Positions 48,986 to 57,800 of a stretch of 64,000 nucleotides of DNA are shown here, one piece after another. The stretch spans positions 1 through 64,000 of IMG/VR virus record IMGVR_UViG_3300048502_000015. One strand, 5' to 3'. The DNA comes from a virus (taxonomy: Duplodnaviria > Caudoviricetes). The notes under the pieces were generated by a model. That model did no database searches. It was not told the DNA's origin and was given only the letters and a program-made list of their open reading frames with translations. The translations under genes were made by a program, and so were the position numbers. Position 1 is the first letter of the stretch, and each line of letters begins with the position of its first letter.

Positions 48986-49966
48986 CTACACTTGCTGCTT
49001 ATGTGCTCTGCGGGTCACAATGACGTTGATCAAATCCTGGTGATTCGGAACAACGTCCAAATCCCAGTCAAGATCAAACCACTTAACCTCGGCAATGTCA
49101 TCTCCTGGCTTAGGAGTCCCGAACATATGCTTGGCCTCGAAGAGCAGAGTCTTGATAACTCTATCTGGCTCTTTGCGATAGCGCCAATCATCGATTAGGT
49201 AGCTCCCGACATAGACCGGATCAGTAATCTCGATCCCGGCTTCCTCTGAAACCTCTCTGCGGGCATCTGCCTCGTAGCTAGGACTCTTAGGATCGGAGAA
49301 CCCTCCGATCAGTCGGAACTTCTTCTCATTGGCTTTGCGGCCTAGAAGGATCTTGCTTCCGTCCTCGTTGAGGATGGCAACATCGACTGTTGCAAAGCAT
49401 TGAGGAAACTGGCTGAATGCAGCCCAGACAACGCCTGCGCGGAAATCCGGAGTCCCTCGAACGCTTGTGCGAGAAACCTCTTTGCGGATTTCGCTTCCCG
49501 AAACAAAGACCTGAGATTCAAGCTCTTCGCTGGGATGCTTTCCCGAATAATGAGAGATGAATGAGTCGCGTCCTCCATAGAGAAGAACGGTCTGATTCGG
49601 GGTAATCACATCATCGATTTGAGTATCGAGATTGCGGCTCCAAACTTCATCGTCGGGCTGGTCCTTGATGTAAAGGACGTTCACATGAGGGAACTTGGCA
49701 AGGATCATCTGCTTGCGTCCCTCGAAGTCCAAAGGATTCTCTCGGGTGACCATCAAAGGCGACAAGCCAAGAAAGATGATTACTTTTCCATGGCGGTCAC
49801 AAACGGTCTGAATAAGTTCCATATGAGCATCATGTAGCTCGGGAACCTGAAAACGGCCTACGATTACACCGACATCCTGGCTGTTAGCTCTGGCGCGATC
49901 TCTAGATGCACCTTTGCTAAGCTTCAAGTTTCTTTCAAACTCTGTGTATTCTGCTGGATATGTCAT
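48986..49966 (-). CDS. nadM: bifunctional NMN adenylyltransferase / Nudix hydrolase
   Basis: GRFQ..LHDAH..NPL; Nudix GGF..ARREVSEEAG. Confidence 0.9.
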   Translation of the reverse strand: MTYPAEYTEFERNLKLSKGASRDRARANSQDVGVIVGRFQVPELHDAHMELIQTVCDRHGKVIIFLGLSPLMVTRENPLDFEGRKQMILAKFPHVNVLYIKDQPDDEVWSRNLDTQIDDVITPNQTVLLYGGRDSFISHYSGKHPSEELESQVFVSGSEIRKEVSRTSVRGTPDFRAGVVWAAFSQFPQCFATVDVAILNEDGSKILLGRKANEKKFRLIGGFSDPKSPSYEADARREVSEEAGIEITDPVYVGSYLIDDWRYRKEPDRVIKTLLFEAKHMFGTPKPGDDIAEVKWFDLDWDLDVVPNHQDLINVIVTRRAHKQQV

Positions 49967-50013
49967 TTTCTTCCTTTCAATTCCATCAATAACGAATTGT
50001 TTGGTTTATAAAG

Positions 50014-50089
50014 TACCAGTAGGGGGAGTCGAACCCAACCTCACTCTTGTTTAAAAGACAAGTGCCCAGTCCACACGGGCGCTACTGGC
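50014..50089 (-). tRNA. tRNA-Lys (TTT)
   Basis: cloverleaf. Confidence 0.8.
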
Positions 50090-50092
50090 AAG

Positions 50093-50176
50093 CTAATGAA
50101 CTCCTGCTGCTACAAGAACGGCTACAACGTAGCCTATCAAGATAAACAACAAAAGCGCAATCAATTTATAGTTCAT
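50093..50176 (-). CDS. 27-aa membrane peptide (leaderless)
   Basis: TGTGATATAAT-6nt-ATG; MNYKLIALLLFILIGYVVAVLVAAGVH. Confidence 0.55.
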   Translation of the reverse strand: MNYKLIALLLFILIGYVVAVLVAAGVH

Positions 50177-50200
50177 AACTACATTATATCACAGTTTAAG

Positions 50201-50272
50201 TACGCCCACGAGGATTTGAACCCCGATGTGCTGGGAATAAGCCAGATGTTCTAACCGTTGAACTATGGGCGC
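50201..50272 (-). tRNA. tRNA-Ile (TAT)
   Basis: cloverleaf, loop CTTATTC. Confidence 0.7.
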
Positions 50273-50277
50273 AAGAG

Positions 50278-50349
50278 GGTGACTGATGGGAAATGACCCC
50301 ATACCAACCGGCTTCACAGGCCAGGACTCTACATTAAGCTACAGCCACC
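50278..50349 (-). tRNA. tRNA-His (GTG)
   Basis: cloverleaf, G-1/C73. Confidence 0.85.
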
Positions 50350-50496
50350 ATGATTACTACAAACCGCTGCCGAGTCGCCACTGTCCGTTCCTAACTCCTG
50401 CTCTCGGCCAGTATCCCGTTCATCGGATACTCTCATCCACGAGACTTAAATCGTCTACCTATTAAAATGCCTTTACCGTTTATAATTAGTAGAAAG

Positions 50497-50583
50497 TAGC
50501 GGTAGAGAGGATCGAACTCTCAATTCCCTTACGGGACAACGATTTTTAAGACCGTCCTGTATACCTAATTCCAGCATACCGCC
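50497..50583 (-). tRNA. tRNA-Leu (TAA)
   Basis: cloverleaf, long variable arm. Confidence 0.9.
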
Positions 50584-50587
50584 AAAT

Positions 50588-51112
50588 ATGACTAAACCAA
50601 GAAAATACAATGATCCTGATCTAATTGCTGCTGTTAAATCATCAACTTCAATTGCACAAGTCTTGAATCAACTGGGACTTAAACCTGCGGGAGGTAACTA
50701 TACCACAATCAAGAATCGAACACAAGAACTTGGCTTAGATACCTCTCATTGGAGGGGTCAAGCTTGGAACAAGGGGTTAAAGGTTCCTGGTTATACCAAA
50801 CGTAATCTACAGGATATCCTAGTCGAAAATAGTCCACATAAGCAAAGTCACGGTTTGAAAATTCGCCTCATTAACGAGGGTTTACTCGAAGAAATTTGTG
50901 ATGAATGTTCAATTACTAACTGGATGAATCGGCCACTATCCTTTCATTTGGAACATATTAACGGTGTTCATAGCGATAACCGTCTTCCCAATCTACGGCT
51001 TCTATGTCCTAACTGTCATTCACAGACGCCTACCTATTGTGGCCGAAATATTGGCAAAGCCGAATCCCTCTGCCATTGGGTAGATGCCCTTGGTGCTAAA
51101 TTTCTCTCTTGA
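50588..51112 (+). CDS. HNH homing endonuclease
   Basis: CDEC..LEHING..DNRLPNLRLLCPNCHSQT. Confidence 0.9.
   Translation: MTKPRKYNDPDLIAAVKSSTSIAQVLNQLGLKPAGGNYTTIKNRTQELGLDTSHWRGQAWNKGLKVPGYTKRNLQDILVENSPHKQSHGLKIRLINEGLLEEICDECSITNWMNRPLSFHLEHINGVHSDNRLPNLRLLCPNCHSQTPTYCGRNIGKAESLCHWVDALGAKFLS
51055..51089 (-). pseudogene. 5' half of a Leu-type tRNA broken at the anticodon loop
   Basis: GGGCATC-TA-CCCAATGGCAGAGGG-A-TTCGG-CT-T. Confidence 0.6.
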
Positions 51113-51302
51113 TCGTCAAGCAGGGACCAGAACTATATTGATCGTAGCTAACCGATCTAGCCTTTACAACATAACGTTTACCGTCGATGTCAAAGGAAAT
51201 CCAAGTTGGCTCGTAGCCACAATTATCAGAAACGCCGACAATCGTTGCGGTCTTTCCTTCGAGTCCTACAAACTCGTTCTTCTTGACTGTTTCAAATTCC
51301 AT
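51096..51302 (-). CDS. hypothetical protein (leaderless)
   Basis: TGATATACT-6nt-ATG. Confidence 0.65.
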   Translation of the reverse strand: MEFETVKKNEFVGLEGKTATIVGVSDNCGYEPTWISFDIDGKRYVVKARSVSYDQYSSGPCLTIKREI

Positions 51303-51326
51303 AACTACAGTATATCATACTTCAGG

Positions 51327-51686
51327 CTAACCAAGGGCCTCTTCGATAACTTTCCAATCTTCGTCTGTTCCGTATGCTATCGGATTATCTTCGGTAAAGA
51401 CTTCGGGAATTGCATTTGGACTCACTATGATATAGAAATCATTGGGATAATCAAGTTGATTGGTCGCCTCTTTTGGCGTTGTAATTCCCTGTTCTACATG
51501 GGCGTTTACTGCATGACGCAATCCGCGTTCCGAAGCCGGAACGACTATGACGGGAGAAAATTGGTGAAGTAGTACTACTCGCTCATCCCGAAAATCTGCG
51601 GCAGTAATTTCTGATGCCTTCAGTAGACCGATTACCTGTTCTCTTTCTTTTTCGGAAAGAGCATATCTCTTTACTATTTCTCCCAT
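51327..51686 (-). CDS. hypothetical protein
   Basis: SD AAAGGA. Confidence 0.65.
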   Translation of the reverse strand: MGEIVKRYALSEKEREQVIGLLKASEITAADFRDERVVLLHQFSPVIVVPASERGLRHAVNAHVEQGITTPKEATNQLDYPNDFYIIVSPNAIPEVFTEDNPIAYGTDEDWKVIEEALG

Positions 51687-51710
51687 ATCTTTCCTTTAGG
51701 TTGTACTTAG

Positions 51711-51784
51711 CTGCGGGGAAGAGAATCGAACTCCTGATGGCTACGGTTCAAAGCCGCAGTTGCGATGCCAGCACACACCCCGCA
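51711..51784 (-). tRNA. tRNA-Gln (TTG)
   Basis: cloverleaf. Confidence 0.8.
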
Positions 51785-51885
51785 ATAAGGCGGGTTCTCA
51801 CCGCACATGCGCCATATCGTAGATGGCCCGTCTATAGACCCTTTAATTCTATAGTCGCCAAGTATCCCCTTGGTGGTCACTTAAG

Positions 51886-51957
51886 CTGCGGAAGTTGGAT
51901 TCGAACCAACATCAGACGGCTTCAGAGGCCGCTATCTTGCCATTAGACCACTCCGCA
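51886..51957 (-). tRNA. tRNA-Gln (CTG)
   Basis: cloverleaf. Confidence 0.9.
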
Positions 51958-52083
51958 AAGAGTTTGGTTGTTGTCGTACAACCATAAACGAGTCATTTCT
52001 CTGGCCTTGCTGCCGCTGCATGGCTGACTACCGGAGCGTTACCTGGGACTTAATACCCTGTTCTGAGGCGGCTAGACGATTTA

Positions 52084-52158
52084 TGGCGGCAACAGGTAAC
52101 GCTCCTGTATCGATTGGCTTATGAAACCAAGCTGGGTCTATCTCCAGTCCATACCGCA
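52084..52158 (-). tRNA. tRNA-Met (CAT), 1:72 mismatch (initiator-like)
   Basis: cloverleaf, atypical T loop. Confidence 0.7.
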
Positions 52159-52165
52159 TTAAAGG

Positions 52166-52252
52166 GAACAGGGGAAGGAATCGAACCTTCGTAGATCTGG
52201 ATATGAGCCAAATTGGAGAAAGCCCTTTAGGGCAACCAACACTCTCCCTGCA
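52166..52252 (-). tRNA. tRNA-Met (CAT) with hairpin inserted in D loop
   Basis: anticodon and T arms canonical; GCCC-TAAA-GGGC insert. Confidence 0.6.
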
Positions 52253-52264
52253 CGTAAACAAATC

Positions 52265-52340
52265 GAGGAACAACCTTACCCGTTAGGTGAAATCTAATGC
52301 CAGAGACATTAGACTATCGGACTCGAACCGATGTATCCTC
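52265..52340 (-). ncRNA. circularly permuted tRNA-like RNA (YrlA-like)
   Basis: GAGGA-T arm-closed 11-bp acceptor-D arm-TCCTC. Confidence 0.7.
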
Positions 52341-52344
52341 TCAG

Positions 52345-52430
52345 TACTCAAGAAGGGACTCGAACCCTTACGCCGTTTCACGGGCACACGCTTTTGAGGC
52401 GTGCGTGGCTACCAATTACACCACTTGAGC
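52345..52430 (-). tRNA. tRNA-Leu (CAA)
   Basis: cloverleaf. Confidence 0.9.
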
Positions 52431-52533
52431 AAAATATATACTGGACCTAGCCCTCGCGCGCTTTGCAGGGTGTTTCCGGATTTGCCATTCCTTCGTTGGA
52501 ATGGACAGGTAAGTAGTATATGTACCACCTTAG

Positions 52534-52607
52534 TACCACCAGAGGGATTTGAACCCTCGATATCTTGCTTGAAAGGCAAGCGAATTAGACCGCTATTCTA
52601 TGATGGC
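52534..52607 (-). tRNA. tRNA-Glu (TTC)
   Basis: cloverleaf. Confidence 0.9.
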
Positions 52608-52790
52608 GTGTGTACGCTCTCTGTGACAATTTGCGCATACAAGATCACATTTGGCTATTTCGGCCAAAACAGACCTTAGAGAACGTCCGTTTGTAATCAA
52701 TTGAGAAATATTATTATCCTTTTGTGAGGGATCTAAATGATGAAAATCGGTGACATAGTAGCGAAATTGCCTGATTCCTCCGCTGGCCAA
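52593..52790 (-). pseudogene. N-terminally truncated HNH endonuclease remnant
   Basis: DFHHLDP..EIAKCDLVCANCHRERT; stop lies inside tRNA-Glu. Confidence 0.65.
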
Positions 52791-52942
52791 TTCGGAAGTG
52801 GTCCTCGATTTGAATCGTCATAAAAGCTATCCTGAAGGTCCTCTTCAAGTTCAAGAACTCGATCAAGGGCTTCAAGCAGAAGACCAACTATTTCACCGAA
52901 CGAGAACCGTTCTTCGTAATATTCTCTAGTGTGTCGTTCCAT
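52733..52942 (-). CDS. hypothetical protein (leaderless)
   Basis: TGCTATACT-6nt-ATG. Confidence 0.55.
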   Translation of the reverse strand: MERHTREYYEERFSFGEIVGLLLEALDRVLELEEDLQDSFYDDSNRGPLPNWPAEESGNFATMSPIFII

Positions 52943-53049
52943 AACTACAGTATAGCAGAACTTCAAAATTCGTGCAACACCTTAACCACCTGAACGTTGG
53001 CCCAATTCGGCAAAGAACTTAGGGCCAGTAGTCTAGGGCGTTACACAAG

Positions 53050-53123
53050 TGCGAATGGGAGGACTCGAACCTCCGACCACTTCCATATCAGGGAAGCACT
53101 CTAGTCCACTGAGTTACACTCGC
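53050..53123 (-). tRNA. tRNA-Ile (GAT)
   Basis: cloverleaf. Confidence 0.92.
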
Positions 53124-53125
53124 AA

Positions 53126-53191
53126 TCTCCGTAAGAGGACCTGAGCCTCTACCTCTGGCTGCCGCCAGGATGCTTCTTACACCATACGGAA
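53126..53191 (-). ncRNA. degenerate tRNA-like RNA with shrunken anticodon loop
   Basis: acceptor, T arm intact; CTGGC-GGCA-GCCAG. Confidence 0.5.
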
Positions 53192-53192
53192 G

Positions 53193-53264
53193 TGGTCCCA
53201 GAGGGAATCGAACCCTCTACGCCCTCCTCTTCAGGGAGGCGCTCTACCATTGAGCTACAGGACC
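53193..53264 (-). tRNA. tRNA-Phe (GAA)
   Basis: cloverleaf. Confidence 0.92.
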
Positions 53265-53630
53265 ATATACCTGCCGATCTCTCAGAAGGTATCTACAACA
53301 GGCGGACATGTTGAGCCGCCGAAAAGCTTGCAATCCACTTTTGTAGAATGGATTCGTTACTTTTCGGTGCCGGTTTCATCGTCCAACCGCTTGGTTAAAA
53401 CTACTATTTTCTTTGGCTTTTGCATACTATTTATACTACCTATTATCGGGTTATTACACTTGTACAAAAGTACAAGATTTAGTGGCTTATTCTATCCTTA
53501 CACCACTATCCAGTGATAACGTCGGTGTCACGACCTGATAGATGGCAATTAGATAGATCGGAGTGTGCGGTATGACCAGAGGAGTCCACACACCCCTGAT
53601 ACCGAGTGGATTTTACACAAGAACGATCTA

Positions 53631-53714
53631 CGGAATACCAGAGAATCGAACTCTGCCGGGACATAGCCCCTTATCTCGTTTCCAGCGAGACTCCTAACCA
53701 ATCGGTTATATTCC
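53631..53714 (-). tRNA. tRNA-Ser (GGA)
   Basis: cloverleaf, long variable arm. Confidence 0.85.
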
Positions 53715-54122
53715 AGAGTCCTCCGACAAGTGCCACCAGCGGCGTTCCTTGGTTTTTGGCGGCAAATCCTTGTACGTCCTGAAGTCTCCAAAAGTAGCCT
53801 GGACATGAAGATCGTCCTTATCCACAATCTCGACTCCGAGAGCAGTATAAGAAAACGGCTGAATCTCAGTTCGGCCTTCATCGATGATGATTGCCGTTTT
53901 GAATCCGCGTTCCTTAATGTACCGCTCAATGACCAGGAGTTGATCCGCATCCTCAGCCAGCATAACCAGCTTTGTGTAGTGCTTTCCGTAATTCCAGTTC
54001 TCGATCATCTTCCGATCAGAAATTTGGAATGCTTCGACGGCAGCATGAGCGACCTGCGCAGCAGATTTGCCAACCGACATACCTAAACCTCGGTTCAGGA
54101 ACAAATACATTGCAGGTCGCAC
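53706..54122 (-). CDS. pth2: peptidyl-tRNA hydrolase, Pth2 type
   Basis: LGMSVGKSAAQVAHAA..KLV..IIDEGRTEI..TALG. Confidence 0.9.
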   Translation of the reverse strand: MRPAMYLFLNRGLGMSVGKSAAQVAHAAVEAFQISDRKMIENWNYGKHYTKLVMLAEDADQLLVIERYIKERGFKTAIIIDEGRTEIQPFSYTALGVEIVDKDDLHVQATFGDFRTYKDLPPKTKERRWWHLSEDSGI

Positions 54123-54130
54123 ATTCTCTC

Positions 54131-54352
54131 CTAGCTGTCAATTTTTGTATAAACACCAAACACATCGAATAGCTTATCTACCGCCCATGCAGCAAGTGCC
54201 CATACTGTCCAAACTTTCCAAGCCGCGCCTAAGACAAGGGCCGGAGCAAGTAGAGAGTACAAAGCAAATGCTAGAAATAGTACTGCGAGAAACAAAATCA
54301 GTTTCTTGAGAATCATATGAATCTTTCTGATGGTGCTACATTTATTCGTCAA
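54131..54352 (-). CDS. small membrane protein
   Basis: hydrophobic helices. Confidence 0.55.
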   Translation of the reverse strand: MTNKCSTIRKIHMILKKLILFLAVLFLAFALYSLLAPALVLGAAWKVWTVWALAAWAVDKLFDVFGVYTKIDS

Positions 54353-54384
54353 ATTAGGGAACGTACAGGTTTCTGTACGTCCAG

Positions 54385-54470
54385 CGGAAGGGAGGAGGGT
54401 CGAACTCCTAAGGCTTGCGCTCGTCTGTTTTCAAGACAGATGCCGTCGCCAACTGTCGGCTAGCCCTTCC
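54385..54470 (-). tRNA. tRNA-Ser (TGA)
   Basis: cloverleaf. Confidence 0.9.
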
Positions 54471-54512
54471 AAACGGATCGTAACCCCATTTCAGGTTCGC
54501 TACGATCCTAAG

Positions 54513-54588
54513 AGATCAGAGTGAGATTCGAACTCACGATATTAAATGCTTTGCAGGCATTCCCGTTCAACCACTCCGGCATCTGATC
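54513..54588 (-). tRNA. tRNA-Cys (GCA)
   Basis: cloverleaf. Confidence 0.9.
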
Positions 54589-54862
54589 TTGGTCCCAGCC
54601 GACGCCTTCCGACGCCGACCGAGATGTGAAATCCGGATTGCCTACCGAAAACTTTGGACCAATATTGGTTTATAGTCAATATTACCGCAGTACCCATTGT
54701 TAGCCGCTAAGCACAACTGCCATCCGCTGCTAACGGACGCCACTAACTGTCTCAGGAACTTTCCCGTTGATGCGTTAGCTTGACGTTGCCAATGTTGCCT
54801 TATCCCCTATTGGTGCAGGGATTATTCAGCCATTTCTAGGTGCAACCGTCGCTACACCATAG

Positions 54863-54933
54863 CTCCTGAACAGGGACTCGAACCCCGATTAAATGGTTAA
54901 CAGCCATTCGTCCTGCCATTGAACGATTCAGGA
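54863..54933 (-). tRNA. tRNA-Asn (GTT)
   Basis: cloverleaf. Confidence 0.92.
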
Positions 54934-54970
54934 ATGTTACTACAAGATCCTATGCGAGAACCATAGGATA

Positions 54971-55056
54971 CGGAATGCCTGGGATTTGAACCCAGAACGG
55001 GTATTAGACCGCACTTCCTTAGCAGGGAAGCTCCTCGTGCCATTCGGACACATTCC
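54971..55056 (-). tRNA. tRNA-Ser (GCT)
   Basis: cloverleaf. Confidence 0.9.
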
Positions 55057-55117
55057 AAAGTAAATACTACTTCGGTTACGGGAATCCTCGCGGCCCACAC
55101 GATTTTGAAGGTAGTAA

Positions 55118-55189
55118 TGTCCCTGATGGGAGTCGAACCCATTCTCGCGGTTTAGGAAACCGCTGCCTTGTCCGTTTGGCTTCAAGGAC
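55118..55189 (-). tRNA. tRNA-Arg (CCT)
   Basis: cloverleaf. Confidence 0.88.
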
Positions 55190-55282
55190 CGAGAGAAAGA
55201 GTCCCGTAGGACCCTTTCTGATTTGCTAGCACAATTAAAGTTCCCGCACCCGCCCGAGAGCTACAAACTCACTTGGGAACTA

Positions 55283-55353
55283 TTGATAAGTCCAGAATCG
55301 AACTGGAATCTCTGCCGTTTAGCAGCGAGGTTTCCAAAACCTCTTCATTATCT
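55283..55353 (-). ncRNA. tRNA-like RNA, long D stem, no canonical anticodon loop
   Basis: T arm TCCAG-TTCGATT-CTGGA; GAGGTTT/AAACCTC; CTGCT-AAAC-GGCAG. Confidence 0.45.
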
Positions 55354-55384
55354 CCCCAGTACCCATGCATTGGCGTTGGAGTTA

Positions 55385-55783
55385 TGGATCATGTCGGAAT
55401 CGAACCGACGTGTTCGGTACGCCTATTAGGTTACTTCTATCAGCTTTGGGGCAGGCTTTAACCCGCCTCCACCAAAGAGTTTATACGATACTCATAAACG
55501 AAAAGCCCCGCTACCAATCTAGCTTTTATTCAGGTCTTTCTAGACGTGCTAGACAACGCTAGAAGACCGACTCTTGTTCTGGTTCCAAGTCAGAGTTGAC
55601 TCATGCAATGGCTAAACCAATGCTAGGAGTGAATCTCCCGCTGTTACCTGATCGCACTTGGCGAATAGGCTTGCCGGAATGTTCACGAGTGAATCGTTGT
55701 CATGTATTGACTGTTTGGTTTATGGTGACCAACCGCTGAATAACACTAACCGCTTCTTACCGAGTCGAATGCCTGTATGACCC
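55385..55783 (-). ncRNA. ssrA: tmRNA
   Basis: GGGTCAT/ATGATCC with G3:U70, TTCGAC, T arm, tag ORF DNDSLVNIPASLFAKCDQVTAGDSLLALV*. Confidence 0.88.
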
Positions 55784-55877
55784 GAGATTAGATGGACTAG
55801 GATTTCTGGGTTCAGTTCCCCACGTTACCTAGACTGGTGCGGTTGTTCCCGCTGTCTCTATTTGGACTACCCATCTA

Positions 55878-55949
55878 TATCCAGTACTGGATTCGAACCA
55901 GTGATCTCTTGCGTGTCGAGCAAGCGTAATCCCACTTTACCAACCGGAT
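55878..55949 (-). tRNA. tRNA-Val (GAC)
   Basis: cloverleaf, C33. Confidence 0.85.
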
Positions 55950-56004
55950 GAATTTCTCTGTCGCGGCGTTACCCACAGAGCCTCATCGCATCTGGATGAG
56001 AAAG

Positions 56005-56077
56005 TACTCGATATCCGTTCTGCCCGGATTACCTTTTGCGTGTAAAACAAACGCTCTCCTAATTGAGCTAATCGAGC
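56005..56077 (-). tRNA. tRNA-Val (TAC)
   Basis: cloverleaf, atypical T loop. Confidence 0.8.
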
Positions 56078-56457
56078 AAGAATCCAAAGAGAGTCTGCGT
56101 TCACATCAAATAACTTTCAGAGCTACTGTCTTCCTGCCGGTCAAGTAGGTGGTTATTTGGCTGACTGTCACTCGGGACCTAGATCTTTGAGTCCTGTTTC
56201 TTTGGGTAAGAGTCCCCTTAAGGTATTACGTTGCCCCGCCTCTACCGGGGTCGCAAGGGGATAAGATTACGAGCGGTCACCAGCCATTGGAGGAATCGAA
56301 CCTCTCTACTCTAGGTGTACCATTATAAACAAGAATCGAACTTGACACCGTTAGGTTAAACTGTAGTCTAGATGCCTACACGGGTTCCCCGTTTACCGTA
56401 GTTGCTTGCGGTCTTAGCGCTAAGGAACCAAATTTGGTACATGGACCTACAGTTAAG

Positions 56458-56529
56458 CGACCCCATGGGGACTCGAACCCCAACTTCAACTTCGACAGAG
56501 TAGTGTGATGACCTTTTCACTATAGGGCC
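56458..56529 (-). tRNA. tRNA-Asp (GTC)
   Basis: cloverleaf. Confidence 0.85.
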
Positions 56530-56581
56530 ATTAAATGAACCCCTACCGTCGCATAATGTATGAAACGATAAGGATGCAATA

Positions 56582-57253
56582 ATGAAATTACAACAACGAA
56601 CAGAAGCCCGTCATTTACGACAAGATTATGGTTGGTCTATTAAACAAATAGCCCAAAACCTCAATGTATCTCCCAGTTCAGTTAGTACCTGGACTAGAGA
56701 CATTGTTCTTACACCCGAACAACAGAAAAATTTGGATCTAAAAAATCCAGCATTGAATCCCACCGGAACAAACACAAATACCAAATTCTTTCGAGATAAA
56801 CGAAAGATATCACAAAACATCGGAGCCTCCCAAATCGGGAACCCCGAGTTTGCTGCTGGTTGTTGTCTGTATTGGGGAGAAGGATCTAAAAATCGTAATT
56901 CTGTTAGTATTACTAATACAGATACGAATCTTTTAGTCTTCTTTTTGCAATTTATACGAAATCACTTCGTCATTGACGATAATGAGATTCACGTAACCGT
57001 TTCCTATCATGTCGATAATGGATTCGATAAAGATACCGTCGAAGGATTTTGGTTACAAGCATTAAATCTACCCAAATCCTGTTTAAGAAAACCCATTCTA
57101 GATAGTCGATCTCGTTCGGCCACTAAAGCCCCAAATAAAAAGTATCCCTTTGGGTGTTGTCGAATTGAAATAGGTCGCACAGATATTATCCAAGCCATTT
57201 ATGGTGGTATTCAAGCACTTGGGGGATTTACAAAAACCGAATGGTTAGATTGA
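56582..57253 (+). CDS. HTH + LAGLIDADG-like putative endonuclease
   Basis: GWSIKQIAQNLNVSPSSVSTW HTH; LYWGEGSK..TNTD..FW..FGCCRI. Confidence 0.75.
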   Translation: MKLQQRTEARHLRQDYGWSIKQIAQNLNVSPSSVSTWTRDIVLTPEQQKNLDLKNPALNPTGTNTNTKFFRDKRKISQNIGASQIGNPEFAAGCCLYWGEGSKNRNSVSITNTDTNLLVFFLQFIRNHFVIDDNEIHVTVSYHVDNGFDKDTVEGFWLQALNLPKSCLRKPILDSRSRSATKAPNKKYPFGCCRIEIGRTDIIQAIYGGIQALGGFTKTEWLD

Positions 57254-57288
57254 CAGGGTAGCGCTTTAAGCCACTAAGCTACAACTCC
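57251..57288 (-). pseudogene. 5' half of tRNA-Asp (GTC) broken after A37
   Basis: GGAGTTGTAGCTTAGTGGCTTAAAGCGCTACCCTGTCA. Confidence 0.8.
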
Positions 57289-57359
57289 AGAAGCCACGAT
57301 GCCGACTGCATACGGCGGTTTGCGCAAACTCCCTCATGGCTTGAGGAGCGACCGTTAAG

Positions 57360-57430
57360 CAGGCCATATCCGAATCGAACAGATGTTAAGGGGTTTGGAA
57401 TCCCTTGTGCTACCACTACACCAATGGCCC
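57360..57430 (-). tRNA. tRNA-Trp (CCA)
   Basis: cloverleaf. Confidence 0.85.
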
Positions 57431-57438
57431 TTATTTTA

Positions 57439-57624
57439 CTACCGAATTACAAAACGTCCCTGTCCAATGTGGCGGCGAGAACACTCCCTCTTCAAACCTC
57501 TAAGAAGTTTGTTCTTTTCGTCACTCATAGAGCCAAATCCGGATGAATAAAGCGCTGAAGTTAGAGAAAGAATTTCCTCGTCCGAGAAGACCGACCAACG
57601 AATCTTATTTGGAGTTTTGTTCAT
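57439..57624 (-). CDS. hypothetical protein (leaderless)
   Basis: TGTGATATACT-6nt-ATG. Confidence 0.6.
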   Translation of the reverse strand: MNKTPNKIRWSVFSDEEILSLTSALYSSGFGSMSDEKNKLLRGLKRECSRRHIGQGRFVIR

Positions 57625-57729
57625 AACTATAGTATATCACATAAATAGGCTCGCAAGGGGAATCAAAACCTATCGGAGCGCTCCCCAGCGCGGTTTAGAT
57701 AAGGATTTATATGATCGTTTGTCCGCCTA

Positions 57730-57800
57730 AGCCACAAGATGGTGCTGATCCATCGTCCCTGGGGTACGAATCCAGAATTCTTCCGTTGAACTATTGTGGC
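57730..57800 (-). tRNA. tRNA-Thr (CGT)
   Basis: cloverleaf, atypical T loop. Confidence 0.75.

Noticed and set aside
52435-52520. c-di-GMP-I riboswitch resemblance (GGCAAA..GCAAAGC)
   Set aside because: Stems do not fit the model and no regulated CDS follows
55060-55116. HDV-like theta ribozyme (TCCTCGC)
   Set aside because: Motif is on the strand opposite the tRNAs and P3 does not pair
56080-56210. SRP or 6S RNA
   Set aside because: Conserved SRP loop not matched and too short for confident 6S; left as an unassigned structured spacer
56530-57288. Group I intron in tRNA-Asp
   Set aside because: 3' exon lacks a complete T arm and acceptor, ORF is antisense, and there is no room for a ribozyme core
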